Shown here: positions 19,432 to 27,468 of the stretch, piece after piece
Position numbering within the stretch: the stretch's first letter is position 1
Layout of the letters: each line of letters opens with the position of its first letter
NCBI RefSeq assembly: GCF_000009965.1
Contig: NC_006624.1
Coordinates: 1,080,001 to 1,112,000 of the forward strand
Direction of reading: 5' to 3'
Length of the DNA: 32,000 nucleotides
Source of the DNA: Thermococcus kodakarensis KOD1
Lineage (GTDB): Archaea; Methanobacteriota_B; Thermococci; Thermococcales; Thermococcaceae
Made by a program: the position numbers and the translations under genes
The notes under the pieces: generated by a model
What the model was told of the DNA's origin: nothing
Seen by the model: only the letters and a program-made list of their open reading frames with translations
Databases searched by the model: none

Positions 19432-19853
19432 AAAGGCCGGTGCCAGAAGTTATCTACCTTGACACGAGTGCGCTCATAGCCCTCTTCAACAGAAATGACA
19501 AGAACCATGAAAGGGCTGTATCTTACCTGAGGGAGGCCCTCGAGTCCGGGAACCTCTTTCTCCTCTCAAGGCCAGTGCTCATGGAGTACTTAAACGGCCT
19601 ATCCAAGAGGTATGGAAAGGAGATCGCTAAGGAAAACTACGATGCCCTAACCTCGAGTAGCTTCGTGTACATTGAGAACGAAACGGAGGCAGATTGGAGA
19701 AAGGCTTGGGAGTTCTTCTTTAAGTATCGCGACCAGAGGGGTATTGACCTCTTCGATTCCCTCAGCTTTGCGATCATGGAAAGGCTCGGCCTGAAAACAG
19801 CTTTCACGTTTGACTCTGACTTTGAGGTTCATGGGTTTAGGACTGTACCATAA
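19428..19853 (+). CDS. vapC: PIN-domain ribonuclease toxin VapC
   Basis: ORF 19413..19853 trimmed to the ATG at 19428. The conserved PIN acidic residues are present in YLDTSALIAL, in SRPVLMEYLN and in LFDSLSFA...FTFDSDF. Confidence 0.85.
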   Translation: MKRPVPEVIYLDTSALIALFNRNDKNHERAVSYLREALESGNLFLLSRPVLMEYLNGLSKRYGKEIAKENYDALTSSSFVYIENETEADWRKAWEFFFKYRDQRGIDLFDSLSFAIMERLGLKTAFTFDSDFEVHGFRTVP

Positions 19854-19868
19854 CCGGGAGGTGATACC

Positions 19869-20936
19869 TTGAAGTTTCTCGTCAAGACTCAGAGGGGCAT
19901 GGAGTCCGTTGCTGGGAACTACATCCGAGAAGCCCTTCCCAACGCTGAAGTCTGGGCTTCTCCCATGGGTTATTCGGGTCTTGTAATAGTTGAAACCAAC
20001 GATGAGAACGCGGAGGAGAAAATCCTTGAGATACCTGAAGTGGAGCGCGTTATACCCGTCCTCGTCGAGACGAATGCGGAGCTGAAGGAGATAGAGAAAG
20101 CCGCCGATGAAATAGCCAGTCTCATAAGTAAAGATGAAACCTTCGCCGTCAAGACCAAGAGGCGCGGAAAGCACGACTTTTCGAGCATCGATGTCAACCG
20201 CGTTTTAGGTGCGAGGATCAAGGAGATAACCGATGCGGACGTGAACCTGAGCTGGCCCGACAAGGTGGTCCAGGTTGAGATAATAGGGGATAGGGCGTAT
20301 ATCTCGGTTCTTCCAGGGGAGGAATACCGAAAATACACTCCAGACAAGTTCGACGCCAGGAAGCTCTTTTCCAAGGTTACCCTTGTCCAGATGCCCTACT
20401 GGGGCGATTACAAGGCCTGCAGGAAGTTCGGTGAGAAGATCGGCAGGGCGGCCCAGGCCTTTGAGGTCAAAGAACTCATCATAGCACCTAAGGAGAAAAT
20501 GGACGCCTACGAGCTGATGGAGTTTCTCAGGGGCATCAAGATAGGACAAGAAAGCAGGTACCAGATACAGAGGGAGGCCTATCCCTGGAAGGTTGAGAAG
20601 GTTCCCGTGTCTGTGTGGGATCTCTACCAGGTCGTTAGGGACAAGAGAAGGAACAAAAGACTCCTGATAATCACTGATCCTAAGGGGCCTACTTTAGCAG
20701 AGGTCAAAGAGAAACTGGCAAAGGACATGCACTACGCCAAGGAAGTAGTCATATTCATTGGTTCGCGGGAAGGCATCCCGAGGGGCCTCTTCAGGTTTGC
20801 CGATTACGTGGTTGACCTAGCACCTTACATGACGTTTGCGACCGAGCACGGCATACCAGCGACGCTGGTCTCCCTCTGGGAGGTTTATGAAGAGTTCCTC
20901 AGGAAGAGTGAAGAAAAAGCCGAGGACTCTTCCTGA
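19869..20936 (+). CDS. THUMP domain + SPOUT-like domain putative RNA methyltransferase
   Basis: ORF of 355 aa with a TTG start preceded by GGGAGGTGA. The N-terminal half (ETFAVKTKRRGKHDFSSIDVNRVLGARI...VVQVEIIGDRAYISV) is THUMP-like. The C-terminal half (LLIITDPKGPTL...VIFIGSREGIPRGLF..ADYVVDLAP) has a SPOUT-type knot-region pattern. Confidence 0.65.
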   Translation: MKFLVKTQRGMESVAGNYIREALPNAEVWASPMGYSGLVIVETNDENAEEKILEIPEVERVIPVLVETNAELKEIEKAADEIASLISKDETFAVKTKRRGKHDFSSIDVNRVLGARIKEITDADVNLSWPDKVVQVEIIGDRAYISVLPGEEYRKYTPDKFDARKLFSKVTLVQMPYWGDYKACRKFGEKIGRAAQAFEVKELIIAPKEKMDAYELMEFLRGIKIGQESRYQIQREAYPWKVEKVPVSVWDLYQVVRDKRRNKRLLIITDPKGPTLAEVKEKLAKDMHYAKEVVIFIGSREGIPRGLFRFADYVVDLAPYMTFATEHGIPATLVSLWEVYEEFLRKSEEKAEDSS

Positions 20937-21017
20937 TCTTTTTATCTAAATCGGCGTCAGACCCTAAGGTCGTCCTCACCGCTCGGGAATCCGCCGTAGT
21001 CATCATCCGCCGGAGTC

Positions 21018-21746
21018 TTATAACATCTCAAGAGCGTAGAAGAGAGCAGCACCGATTAGACCGCCAAGAAGGCTTGCCAGAAAGTTAGTGGAGTTGTTGT
21101 CAGTGATTCCCTTCTCCTCAAGGGTCGCTCCAATGAGACTGTCCAGATTCACGCCAACGAAACCGCCAATTGTGACTGCGAGTAACATTTTCCAGGTGTG
21201 AGTGGTCAGCGGGAGAGCGAAGGGGGCTATCATCAAAGCACCGATGAGGGCTATAACCTCACCCTGGACTGATACGGCACCATTCGTTCCGGGATTAACG
21301 GGTTTCAAGTTGGTTATTAGCCTAGGCTTCCTACCGAGGACTTTTCCAAGCTCGCTCGCGAGAGTATCTCCGTTCACCGTGGCTATTGAGGCAAAAGTTG
21401 CCGCCCAGAAGATATCTTCTTTAACAGCAGCTTCCACCAGGAGAAAGATCAGCACAGCCAGACCGTTTCCGAGAACGTTGCCGATGCTTCTTGTGCCGTT
21501 GTTTGACTGGGCGAGGCCTTTCTTAACTTTTTCTCCATACCGATACTTCGTGGCCAGAACTCCGAGGATAAGGAAGGTCAAAAGTGCCAGAAACGTCCAC
21601 GTTCCACCAAGCACAAGAACACCTAAGCCCAAAAGGGCCGCGGCTATCGAGCCCTTGGCATCTAAGGCTCGGGAGCGATATGCCAGGACCCCGAGGAGGA
21701 GCACCGTGATTATATCAGCAATGATGTTCAAAGTCATCACCGTCAT
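21018..21746 (-). CDS. DUF92/TIGR00297-family integral membrane protein
   Basis: ORF of 242 aa, polytopic. ATKYRYGEKVKKGLAQSNNGTRSIGNVLGNGL and GAVSVQGEVIALIGA are typical of DUF92 (TMEM19-like). Confidence 0.7.
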   Translation of the reverse strand: MTVMTLNIIADIITVLLLGVLAYRSRALDAKGSIAAALLGLGVLVLGGTWTFLALLTFLILGVLATKYRYGEKVKKGLAQSNNGTRSIGNVLGNGLAVLIFLLVEAAVKEDIFWAATFASIATVNGDTLASELGKVLGRKPRLITNLKPVNPGTNGAVSVQGEVIALIGALMIAPFALPLTTHTWKMLLAVTIGGFVGVNLDSLIGATLEEKGITDNNSTNFLASLLGGLIGAALFYALEML

Positions 21747-21812
21747 CTTGGTAGTGCTCTGAAGAAGGTTTATTACTTTTTCCCCATTTTGAAAATAGAA
21801 GGAGAACAGAGA

Positions 21813-22262
21813 CTAGAGGGTCTCAAATTTGATTGTCTCAGTGATGAACGTTACGTCCATGTGGTCTATCGCGGGAACTTTCTTGGATATCTCAGAGATT
21901 ATCCTTTCAAGCTCCCTCATGTCCTTGGGCCCAATTACGTGGATCACAAGGTTGTGGGAGCCAAGTGCACGCTGGATCACCTTGACGTGTTCGTCTTCCT
22001 TAAGGGCCTCTATGGCATCCTTGACATTTGCACCGGGCTTCAGAGTAATACCGAGGACAACGTGAACGTAACCGAGAGCATCATAATCGGGTATCACGGT
22101 GTACTTTAAAATTACACCGCTCTGCTCAAGGCGGTTCATCCTGCGGGAGATTCTCTGCCTTGTCGTGCCGAGAAGCTCGGCGAGCTCCTTGTATGTGAGG
22201 CGAGCGTTCTTTGAGAGAAGCTTAAGGATGCGAAGGTCAACGGGATTTATTTTATCCGCCAT
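21813..22262 (-). CDS. Lrp/AsnC family transcriptional regulator
   Basis: ORF 21813..22271 with the ATG at 22262. DLRILKLLSKNARLTYKELAELLGTTRQRISRRMNRLEQSGVI is the HTH, followed by a RAM domain. Confidence 0.9.
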   Translation of the reverse strand: MADKINPVDLRILKLLSKNARLTYKELAELLGTTRQRISRRMNRLEQSGVILKYTVIPDYDALGYVHVVLGITLKPGANVKDAIEALKEDEHVKVIQRALGSHNLVIHVIGPKDMRELERIISEISKKVPAIDHMDVTFITETIKFETL

Positions 22263-22453
22263 CACAGCCACCCCCTAACGTTTGTTTGAGTTGTTTACAA
22301 ATGCATATAAAAATGTTTCGTTTTTGGATGTACTTCGGCATAATCCAGTTATTGATGGGTCGCCAAAAATCGCGGTTATTGCAGCATTAAACGTTCAAAA
22401 GTGTTATAATTGCGGGAGCTTACTACAGAAATACGATAATAAAAATAAAACCA

Positions 22454-22738
22454 TCAGCTTCGCAAATCTCTCTTTCGGTATTTAAGCACGGTACTGTCAA
22501 GGGCCTGGAAGGCGTCAATTCCATAGTGGTTGGCTATACATAGGAGGGCGTAGAGAACGTCGCCGAGCTCCTCTTCAAGTTTCTCTTTCCCCCCATGTCC
22601 CTTAATGCCCTCAAAAGCAAGCATGGCATCGGCGAGTTCACCGACCTCCTCCACCAGCGCCGCGAGCATCTGGAAAGGGGGCCAGTAGCCCCCCTGCCTC
22701 TGGATCAGCTCATCGACCTTCCTCTGAAGTTCATTCAT
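22454..22738 (-). CDS. MazG-like nucleotide pyrophosphohydrolase domain protein
   Basis: ORF 22454..22759 trimmed to MNELQRKVDELI.... LVEEVGELADA and EELGDVLYALLCIANHYGID are the MazG EExxE/D motifs. It overlaps the arsR-like gene by 8 nt. Confidence 0.75.
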   Translation of the reverse strand: MNELQRKVDELIQRQGGYWPPFQMLAALVEEVGELADAMLAFEGIKGHGGKEKLEEELGDVLYALLCIANHYGIDAFQALDSTVLKYRKRDLRS

Positions 22739-23123
22739 ACCCAACGAGCACCCCTTCAACTTTCTTCAAGAGCTCTTCAATCCTCTCTGTGTTGGCCTTA
22801 TAGAAGCGCATCCTACCTTCTCTGCGCTCCTTCACAAGGTCGAGCGTCTTCAGGGTGCGGAGGTGGTGGCTTATGAGGGTCTGGTCCTCACCGAGGACTT
22901 CAGAGAGCAGGCACACACAGAGCCAGTTGTCGCGGGTGAGCTTCAGAATCTTGAGCCTTATCGGGTTGGACAGGGCCTTTAAGAACTCAATGATTTCTCT
23001 ATCAACTTCAGGCTCAAGCTCCGCTTCCATCTCGGGAAGTCCGCATTTCTCGTAGCACTTGAAGACGCTCTTTTTGGGCCTTTCGGGGAGTTTCTCCACT
23101 ATGTCCCTTACCTTCATGTTCAT
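22731..23123 (-). CDS. ArsR/SmtB family transcriptional regulator
   Basis: ORF 22731..23126. ALSNPIRLKILKLTRDNWLCVCLLSEVLGEDQTLISHHLRTLKTLDLV is the ArsR wHTH, with a CVC metal or redox motif. Confidence 0.85.
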   Translation of the reverse strand: MNMKVRDIVEKLPERPKKSVFKCYEKCGLPEMEAELEPEVDREIIEFLKALSNPIRLKILKLTRDNWLCVCLLSEVLGEDQTLISHHLRTLKTLDLVKERREGRMRFYKANTERIEELLKKVEGVLVGYE

Positions 23124-23175
23124 CACCGAGGAAAATCCGACGAATCCCTAAATAAATCTTTTTCACATGAAATAT

Positions 23176-23592
23176 TCAATCAATGATCTCAATAAGGACC
23201 TCCTCCCCCGAGGATGTGTATGCCCTCACATCGTCCTCGGTAAAGGGCCAGGGAATTATCAGGTGGACTCCCCCGAACTTTGAAAAGAACCTCAGATCGG
23301 CCTCAGAGGGCCAGAATGCTGGAGAGGGATGGGAGTGAACGGTTCCCTTTATGCTCTCGTCCAGAGGGAGCATCCAGTGGTTAAAAAATACCGAGTTTCT
23401 GCCGGGATACTGGTTGGGAGCTATCAGAACCTCCTCAAAAATTCCGTCCTTCTCCCTCAAAAAGCCAGCAAACTCGTTAGGATAGGCACTCCTGGCCAAC
23501 TGAAGAAGGTATTCCAGAAGCTCCCTGCGGATTTTTATCGTTCTCATGGACGGCACCTCAAAAGGGAAAAGGTCAGCGAAGCGAAGAGTCAT
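23176..23592 (-). CDS. JAMM/MPN+ (M67) metalloprotease
   Basis: ORF 23176..23595. EFAGFL supplies the catalytic Glu context, and HSHPSPAFWPSEADL is the HxHx7Sx2D JAMM motif. Confidence 0.8.
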   Translation of the reverse strand: MTLRFADLFPFEVPSMRTIKIRRELLEYLLQLARSAYPNEFAGFLREKDGIFEEVLIAPNQYPGRNSVFFNHWMLPLDESIKGTVHSHPSPAFWPSEADLRFFSKFGGVHLIIPWPFTEDDVRAYTSSGEEVLIEIID

Positions 23593-23617
23593 CACCGCTC
23601 AGGTGTCCTCGGCGTCA

Positions 23618-24406
23618 TCACGCCTTCTCAAGGTACTTCTCGAGGCTCTTGGACGGGACGTCCAGAGGAAGTCCTATCTTCTCAAGGGCCACGCGAAGAG
23701 CGTAGACCCTCGCGTGCTCAAGGAACGGTTCATCGGCGTAGGCGGAAGGCTCGAACGCCTCGTAGGCTTCCACAACCTTCGGGATGTCGGACTTTTTAAC
23801 CTTTTTGAACGCCGAGAACTCACCCTCTATACCCTCAACGTCTATGTGCGCATACGCGGGAAGCTTTAGGGTGACCGTCTCGTTGATGCTGGCCAAAAGC
23901 CTCGCAACGTCAAGCAGGGGCGTTTTCTCATCTATGATGAGCCTCTTGACGACTATCCACTTTCCGTGCTTGGCAGTAAAGTTCACGTGGTCTTCTTCAT
24001 ACGGAAATTCTACCTCAACTCCAGTAAGCTCACCTTCAGGGTAGTTGATGGGAACAACACCTTCGAGCGTCATCCTGACGAGAACTGCCTTTGCAGCATC
24101 AACCAAGAGCTTTTTCAGCTTTTTGTCGTTCTCTCTGACCAGTCCGCCCAGTTTCCTCGATGTTCCAGGGGACTTGAGCGCGACTATTGTGTCGCTGAGG
24201 GTGTCTTTCCTGACTTCTTCTGCCAGTTTTCTTATGCCATCTATGTCTATCTTTTCCCCCATGTAGCCGGGTATCCTGGAGTTCACAGAGTTCGCTATTC
24301 CTGCAAGGAAGTGGGCAACGTTCTCATCCTCAAGCTCCGTGAGCTTCTTGGCGACCCGCCAGTCGTTATGCTTTGCTGTGAATGCAACGTGCTCCTCTAT
24401 CCTCAT
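23618..24406 (-). CDS. Hypothetical protein made of two homologous halves
   Basis: ORF of 262 aa. Residues 4-60 (EEHVAFTAKHNDWRVAKKL...IDIDGI) align with residues 137-193 (EEDHVNFTAKHGKWIVVKRL...HIDVEGI). It ends 22 nt ahead of the JAMM gene. I recognise no family. Confidence 0.65.
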   Translation of the reverse strand: MRIEEHVAFTAKHNDWRVAKKLTELEDENVAHFLAGIANSVNSRIPGYMGEKIDIDGIRKLAEEVRKDTLSDTIVALKSPGTSRKLGGLVRENDKKLKKLLVDAAKAVLVRMTLEGVVPINYPEGELTGVEVEFPYEEDHVNFTAKHGKWIVVKRLIIDEKTPLLDVARLLASINETVTLKLPAYAHIDVEGIEGEFSAFKKVKKSDIPKVVEAYEAFEPSAYADEPFLEHARVYALRVALEKIGLPLDVPSKSLEKYLEKA

Positions 24407-24529
24407 GCTCTCACCGAAGGGAGTTTTGACGTTGGGCTTTTAGCTTTTTTGTGGCGCTGCCCATACCCTCAAAAAAGGTTATAAATCGGGTCAATCCACT
24501 CAGTCCTAGAGCTGAGAGAGGGAAGAAAG

Positions 24530-26437
24530 ATGGACGAGGAGTCCACCAAGGAGAGGCTGATTCCCCGCGAGTACGGAGAAAGTCTTGATCTAGGAATCGA
24601 TTTCAAGACCACCGAAGAAATCCCGGTACCGGAAAAGCTCATCGATCAGGTCATCGGTCAGGAACACGCAGTTGAGGTCATAAAGACGGCCGCAAACCAG
24701 AGGAGGCACGTTCTCCTCATAGGCGAGCCTGGAACTGGTAAGTCAATGCTCGGCCAAGCAATGGCGGAGCTCCTTCCAACGGAGAACCTTGAGGACATCC
24801 TGGTCTTTCCGAATCCCGAAGACGAGAACATGCCAAAAATAAAGACTGTTCCAGCATGCCAGGGAAGGCGTATCGTGGAGAACTACCGCAGAAAAGCAAA
24901 GGAACAGGAAGGAATCAAGAACTACCTCCTCATGTTCGTCATATTCACGGTGATACTGGCAATCATCATGGAGCCAACGGCCACCACACTCCTAATGGGA
25001 ATGTTCGTGGTGCTCCTCAGCATGATGGTGCTCTCCAACATGCGCTTCAGGAACACGGTTCTTGTGCCAAAGTTACTCGTTGACAACTGTGGAAGGAAGA
25101 AGGCTCCCTTCGTTGACGCCACAGGAGCGCACGCTGGAGCACTGCTCGGTGACGTCAGGCACGACCCCTTCCAGAGCGGTGGTCTGGGAACGCCCGCCCA
25201 CGAGCGCGTTGAGCCGGGCATGATACACCGCGCCCACAAAGGCGTCCTGTTCATAGACGAGATAGCAACGCTCTCACTCAAAATGCAGCAGAGCCTCCTC
25301 ACGGCGATGCAGGAGAAGAAGTTCCCAATAACCGGTCAGAGCGAGATGTCGAGCGGTGCGATGGTGAGGACGGAGCCTGTCCCATGTGACTTCATCCTAG
25401 TTGCCGCCGGAAACCTGGACACCATAGACAAGATGCACCCGGCTTTACGCTCCCGTATCAGGGGCTACGGTTACGAGGTCTACATGAGGACAACGATGCC
25501 AGACACCATTGAGAACAGGAGAAAGCTCGTCCAGTTCGTCGCTCAGGAAGTCAAGAGGGACGGCAAGATACCACACTTCACAAGGGAAGCCGTTGAGGAG
25601 ATAGTGAGAGAGGCCCAGAAGAGGGCGGGAAGGAAGGGCCACCTCACGCTCCGCCTCAGGGATCTCGGTGGTATAGTCAGGGCGGCTGGAGACATAGCCA
25701 TCAAAAAGGGCAAGAAGTACGTTGAGAGAGAAGACGTCCTTGAGGCAATGAGAATGGCAAAACCGCTGGAGAAACAGCTCGCCGACTGGTACATAGAGAA
25801 CAAGAAGGAGTACCAGGTCATAAAGACCGAGGGCGGTGAGATAGGCAGGGTAAACGGTCTCGCAGTTATAGGCGAGCAGAGCGGTATAGTCCTGCCGATA
25901 GAGGCCGTCGTTGCCCCCGCGGCCAGCAAGGAGGAGGGCAAAATCATAGTCACCGGAAAGCTCGGTGAGATAGCAAAGGAAGCTGTCCAGAACGTCTCGG
26001 CAATAATCAAGCGCTACAAGGGTGAGGACATCAGCAGGTACGACATCCACGTCCAGTTCCTCCAGACTTATGAAGGCGTCGAAGGTGACTCGGCGAGCAT
26101 AAGTGTAGCAACGGCCGTTATCTCGGCCCTCGAAAACATACCGATAAGGCAGGACGTTGCGATGACAGGCTCCCTCAGTGTCCGTGGAGAAGTGCTCCCA
26201 ATAGGTGGGGCGACACCGAAGATAGAGGCTGCCATAGAGGCGGGCATAAAGAAGGTCATAATACCCAAGGCCAACGAGAAGGACGTGTTCCTGAGTCCCG
26301 ACAAAGCAGAGAAGATTGAAATCTACCCGGTCGAGACCATAGACCAGGTGCTGGAAATAGCACTCCAGGACGGGCCGGAGAAGGACGAGCTTCTCAGGAG
26401 AATACGCGAGGCCCTTCCGCTTTACGGGTCTTCCTAA
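24530..26437 (+). CDS. lonB: Membrane-bound ATP-dependent protease LonB
   Basis: ORF of 635 aa with Walker A GEPGTGKS, a two-helix membrane insertion ([15 protein letters not shown]...[14 protein letters not shown]) and Walker B LFIDEI. The C-terminal protease domain has [16 protein letters not shown] (catalytic Ser). TATA TTATAAAT lies at about 24478-24485. Confidence 0.95.
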   Translation: MDEESTKERLIPREYGESLDLGIDFKTTEEIPVPEKLIDQVIGQEHAVEVIKTAANQRRHVLLIGEPGTGKSMLGQAMAELLPTENLEDILVFPNPEDENMPKIKTVPACQGRRIVENYRRKAKEQEGIKNYLLMFVIFTVILAIIMEPTATTLLMGMFVVLLSMMVLSNMRFRNTVLVPKLLVDNCGRKKAPFVDATGAHAGALLGDVRHDPFQSGGLGTPAHERVEPGMIHRAHKGVLFIDEIATLSLKMQQSLLTAMQEKKFPITGQSEMSSGAMVRTEPVPCDFILVAAGNLDTIDKMHPALRSRIRGYGYEVYMRTTMPDTIENRRKLVQFVAQEVKRDGKIPHFTREAVEEIVREAQKRAGRKGHLTLRLRDLGGIVRAAGDIAIKKGKKYVEREDVLEAMRMAKPLEKQLADWYIENKKEYQVIKTEGGEIGRVNGLAVIGEQSGIVLPIEAVVAPAASKEEGKIIVTGKLGEIAKEAVQNVSAIIKRYKGEDISRYDIHVQFLQTYEGVEGDSASISVATAVISALENIPIRQDVAMTGSLSVRGEVLPIGGATPKIEAAIEAGIKKVIIPKANEKDVFLSPDKAEKIEIYPVETIDQVLEIALQDGPEKDELLRRIREALPLYGSS

Positions 26438-26450
26438 CTTCTTTGGGGTT

Positions 26451-26624
26451 TCATTTTCTTTCCTTGAACCTTAGAACGAAGAAGAGAACTACCATGAAAA
26501 CCGTTACGACCTCGCTGACCTCAAAGGGCAGGATGCCGACGACTCCCAGTGTATAGAGAACTGCCAGAAGAATTACAATGACAAGAAGAATGCGATAGGC
26601 CTGTTTTTTCTCCACTTCAGACAC
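26451..26624 (-). CDS. Small two-helix membrane protein (57 aa), below the ORF-track cut-off
   Basis: My own translation gives (V)SEVEKKQAYRILLVIVILLAVLYTLGVVGILPFEVSEVVTVFMVVLFFVLRFKERK*. The GTG start is 9 nt after GGGAG and 6 nt downstream of the HTH-CBS gene stop, in the same frame. Confidence 0.4.
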   Translation of the reverse strand: MSEVEKKQAYRILLVIVILLAVLYTLGVVGILPFEVSEVVTVFMVVLFFVLRFKERK

Positions 26625-26630
26625 CTTCCA

Positions 26631-27209
26631 TTACTCCCTAGATAGAGTCTTTCCGAGTCTGAACAGATCAACCCTAGTTATTATGCCAACGATCTTTCCG
26701 GCCTTATCCTGAACAAGAACTGCAGGGTGATCCTCAAGGAGGTACTTGACAACCTCAAGGTCTTCATCCTCGTTAACGATTGGGAAAGGTTCTTCCATGA
26801 CTTCCACAACCTTGTGCCCGTAAATGTCGTCGTACTCAAGGCTCTGGCGCACGAGCGTCCTCTCGGTGATTGAACCAACGACCTTGTTTCCAGAGATGAC
26901 GGGAATCTGGGATATGTTGTGTTCATTCATAAGTCTGATAACCTTCTCCACGCTATCGTAGGGCTTGACCGATATGACTGGAGATGACATGACATCCCTG
27001 GCCTTCGGCTGGGCCTTTTTGCACTCAAGGAGGGCCTGGAGAATTCGGTTGAGGGTCGAGAGCCTCGGGTCAACCTTCCCGGCTTCAAGCTTGGCTATGT
27101 AGGCCTGAGTCACTCCAGCCTTCTTCGCAAGCTCTTCCTGTGTTATGCCAAGCTCCTTGCGGATTTTCCTGATCTCCCTGGGGTCTATGGGCCGGGGTAT
27201 GGTCACCAT
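26631..27209 (-). CDS. XRE-type HTH + CBS-pair domain regulator
   Basis: ORF 26631..27212 with the ATG at 27209. IRKIRKELGITQEELAKKAGVTQAYIAKLEAGK is the HTH_3 domain, followed by two CBS motifs (DVMSSPVISV..., VVEVMEEPFPIV...). Confidence 0.85.
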   Translation of the reverse strand: MVTIPRPIDPREIRKIRKELGITQEELAKKAGVTQAYIAKLEAGKVDPRLSTLNRILQALLECKKAQPKARDVMSSPVISVKPYDSVEKVIRLMNEHNISQIPVISGNKVVGSITERTLVRQSLEYDDIYGHKVVEVMEEPFPIVNEDEDLEVVKYLLEDHPAVLVQDKAGKIVGIITRVDLFRLGKTLSRE

Positions 27210-27273
27210 CAATAACCACCAGTTATTGGACGGTGGTGGGTATTATAAGGCTTTCTTGAGAAGGGCATCGAAA

Positions 27274-27432
27274 TGTGGGCCGGGTACAGAGGCCCGCGGT
27301 CACTGCTCCCGCGGGTGGATGCTCCCGGCCCTGTGGGCTCGGCGTGAGCACGCTCCGCTCACGGAACCCGATACCTTGCGGAGGCGGTTGTACCGAGCCC
27401 TGCGAGGAGACTGACTGTCCCCTCGCTGTCGG
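27274..27432 (-). ncRNA. H/ACA box guide sRNA with two ACA-terminated hairpins, preceded by an extra 5' hairpin
   Basis: This is a GC-rich 256-bp gap between CDSs. The minus strand reads GGGCUCGG-[pocket/upper stem]-CCGAGCCC-ACA (27400..27332). That is directly followed by GGGCCGGG-AGCAUCCA-CCCGCGG-GAGCAGUGA-CCGCGGG-CCUCUGUA-CCCGGCCC-ACA-UUU (27331..27271). The 3' hairpin has the lower stem, symmetric 8+8 pocket, upper stem, GA/UGA loop and ACA layout of Pyrococcus Pf9-type RNAs. A TTTTTAAA box on the minus strand at 27455-27462 predicts a start near 27432. A 9-bp hairpin lies at 27402-27426. Confidence 0.55.
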
Positions 27433-27468
27433 CGTTGTAATGTAGTCAGAGAAGTTTAAAAACATAGC

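Noticed and set aside
19647-20174. A 175-aa minus-strand ORF spanning the vapC 3' end and the THUMP gene 5' end
   Set aside because: It crosses an intergenic region and two plus-strand genes that have motifs and good ribosome-binding sites. It has no features of its own.
22272-22453. An AT-rich 182-bp gap with a 67-aa ORF (22282..22485). I checked it for a small RNA or C/D boxes
   Set aside because: There is no C/D or H/ACA box arrangement, and the ORF has low complexity with no ribosome-binding site. The Lrp promoter (TTTTTATATG on the minus strand) plus the oligo-T terminator of the mazG-like gene explain the region adequately.
25445-26050. 201-aa and 155-aa minus-strand ORFs inside lonB, and a similar 126-aa ORF at 24922..25302
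   Set aside because: They are antisense to LonB, whose frame carries the Walker A/B motifs and the catalytic Ser. Their sequences are low-complexity.
27145-27465. The 89-aa plus-strand and 80-aa minus-strand ORFs across the GC-rich gap
   Set aside because: Both are rich in R/P/G/A with no ribosome-binding site. The region folds into ACA-terminated hairpins with an upstream TATA box, so a structured ncRNA explains it better.
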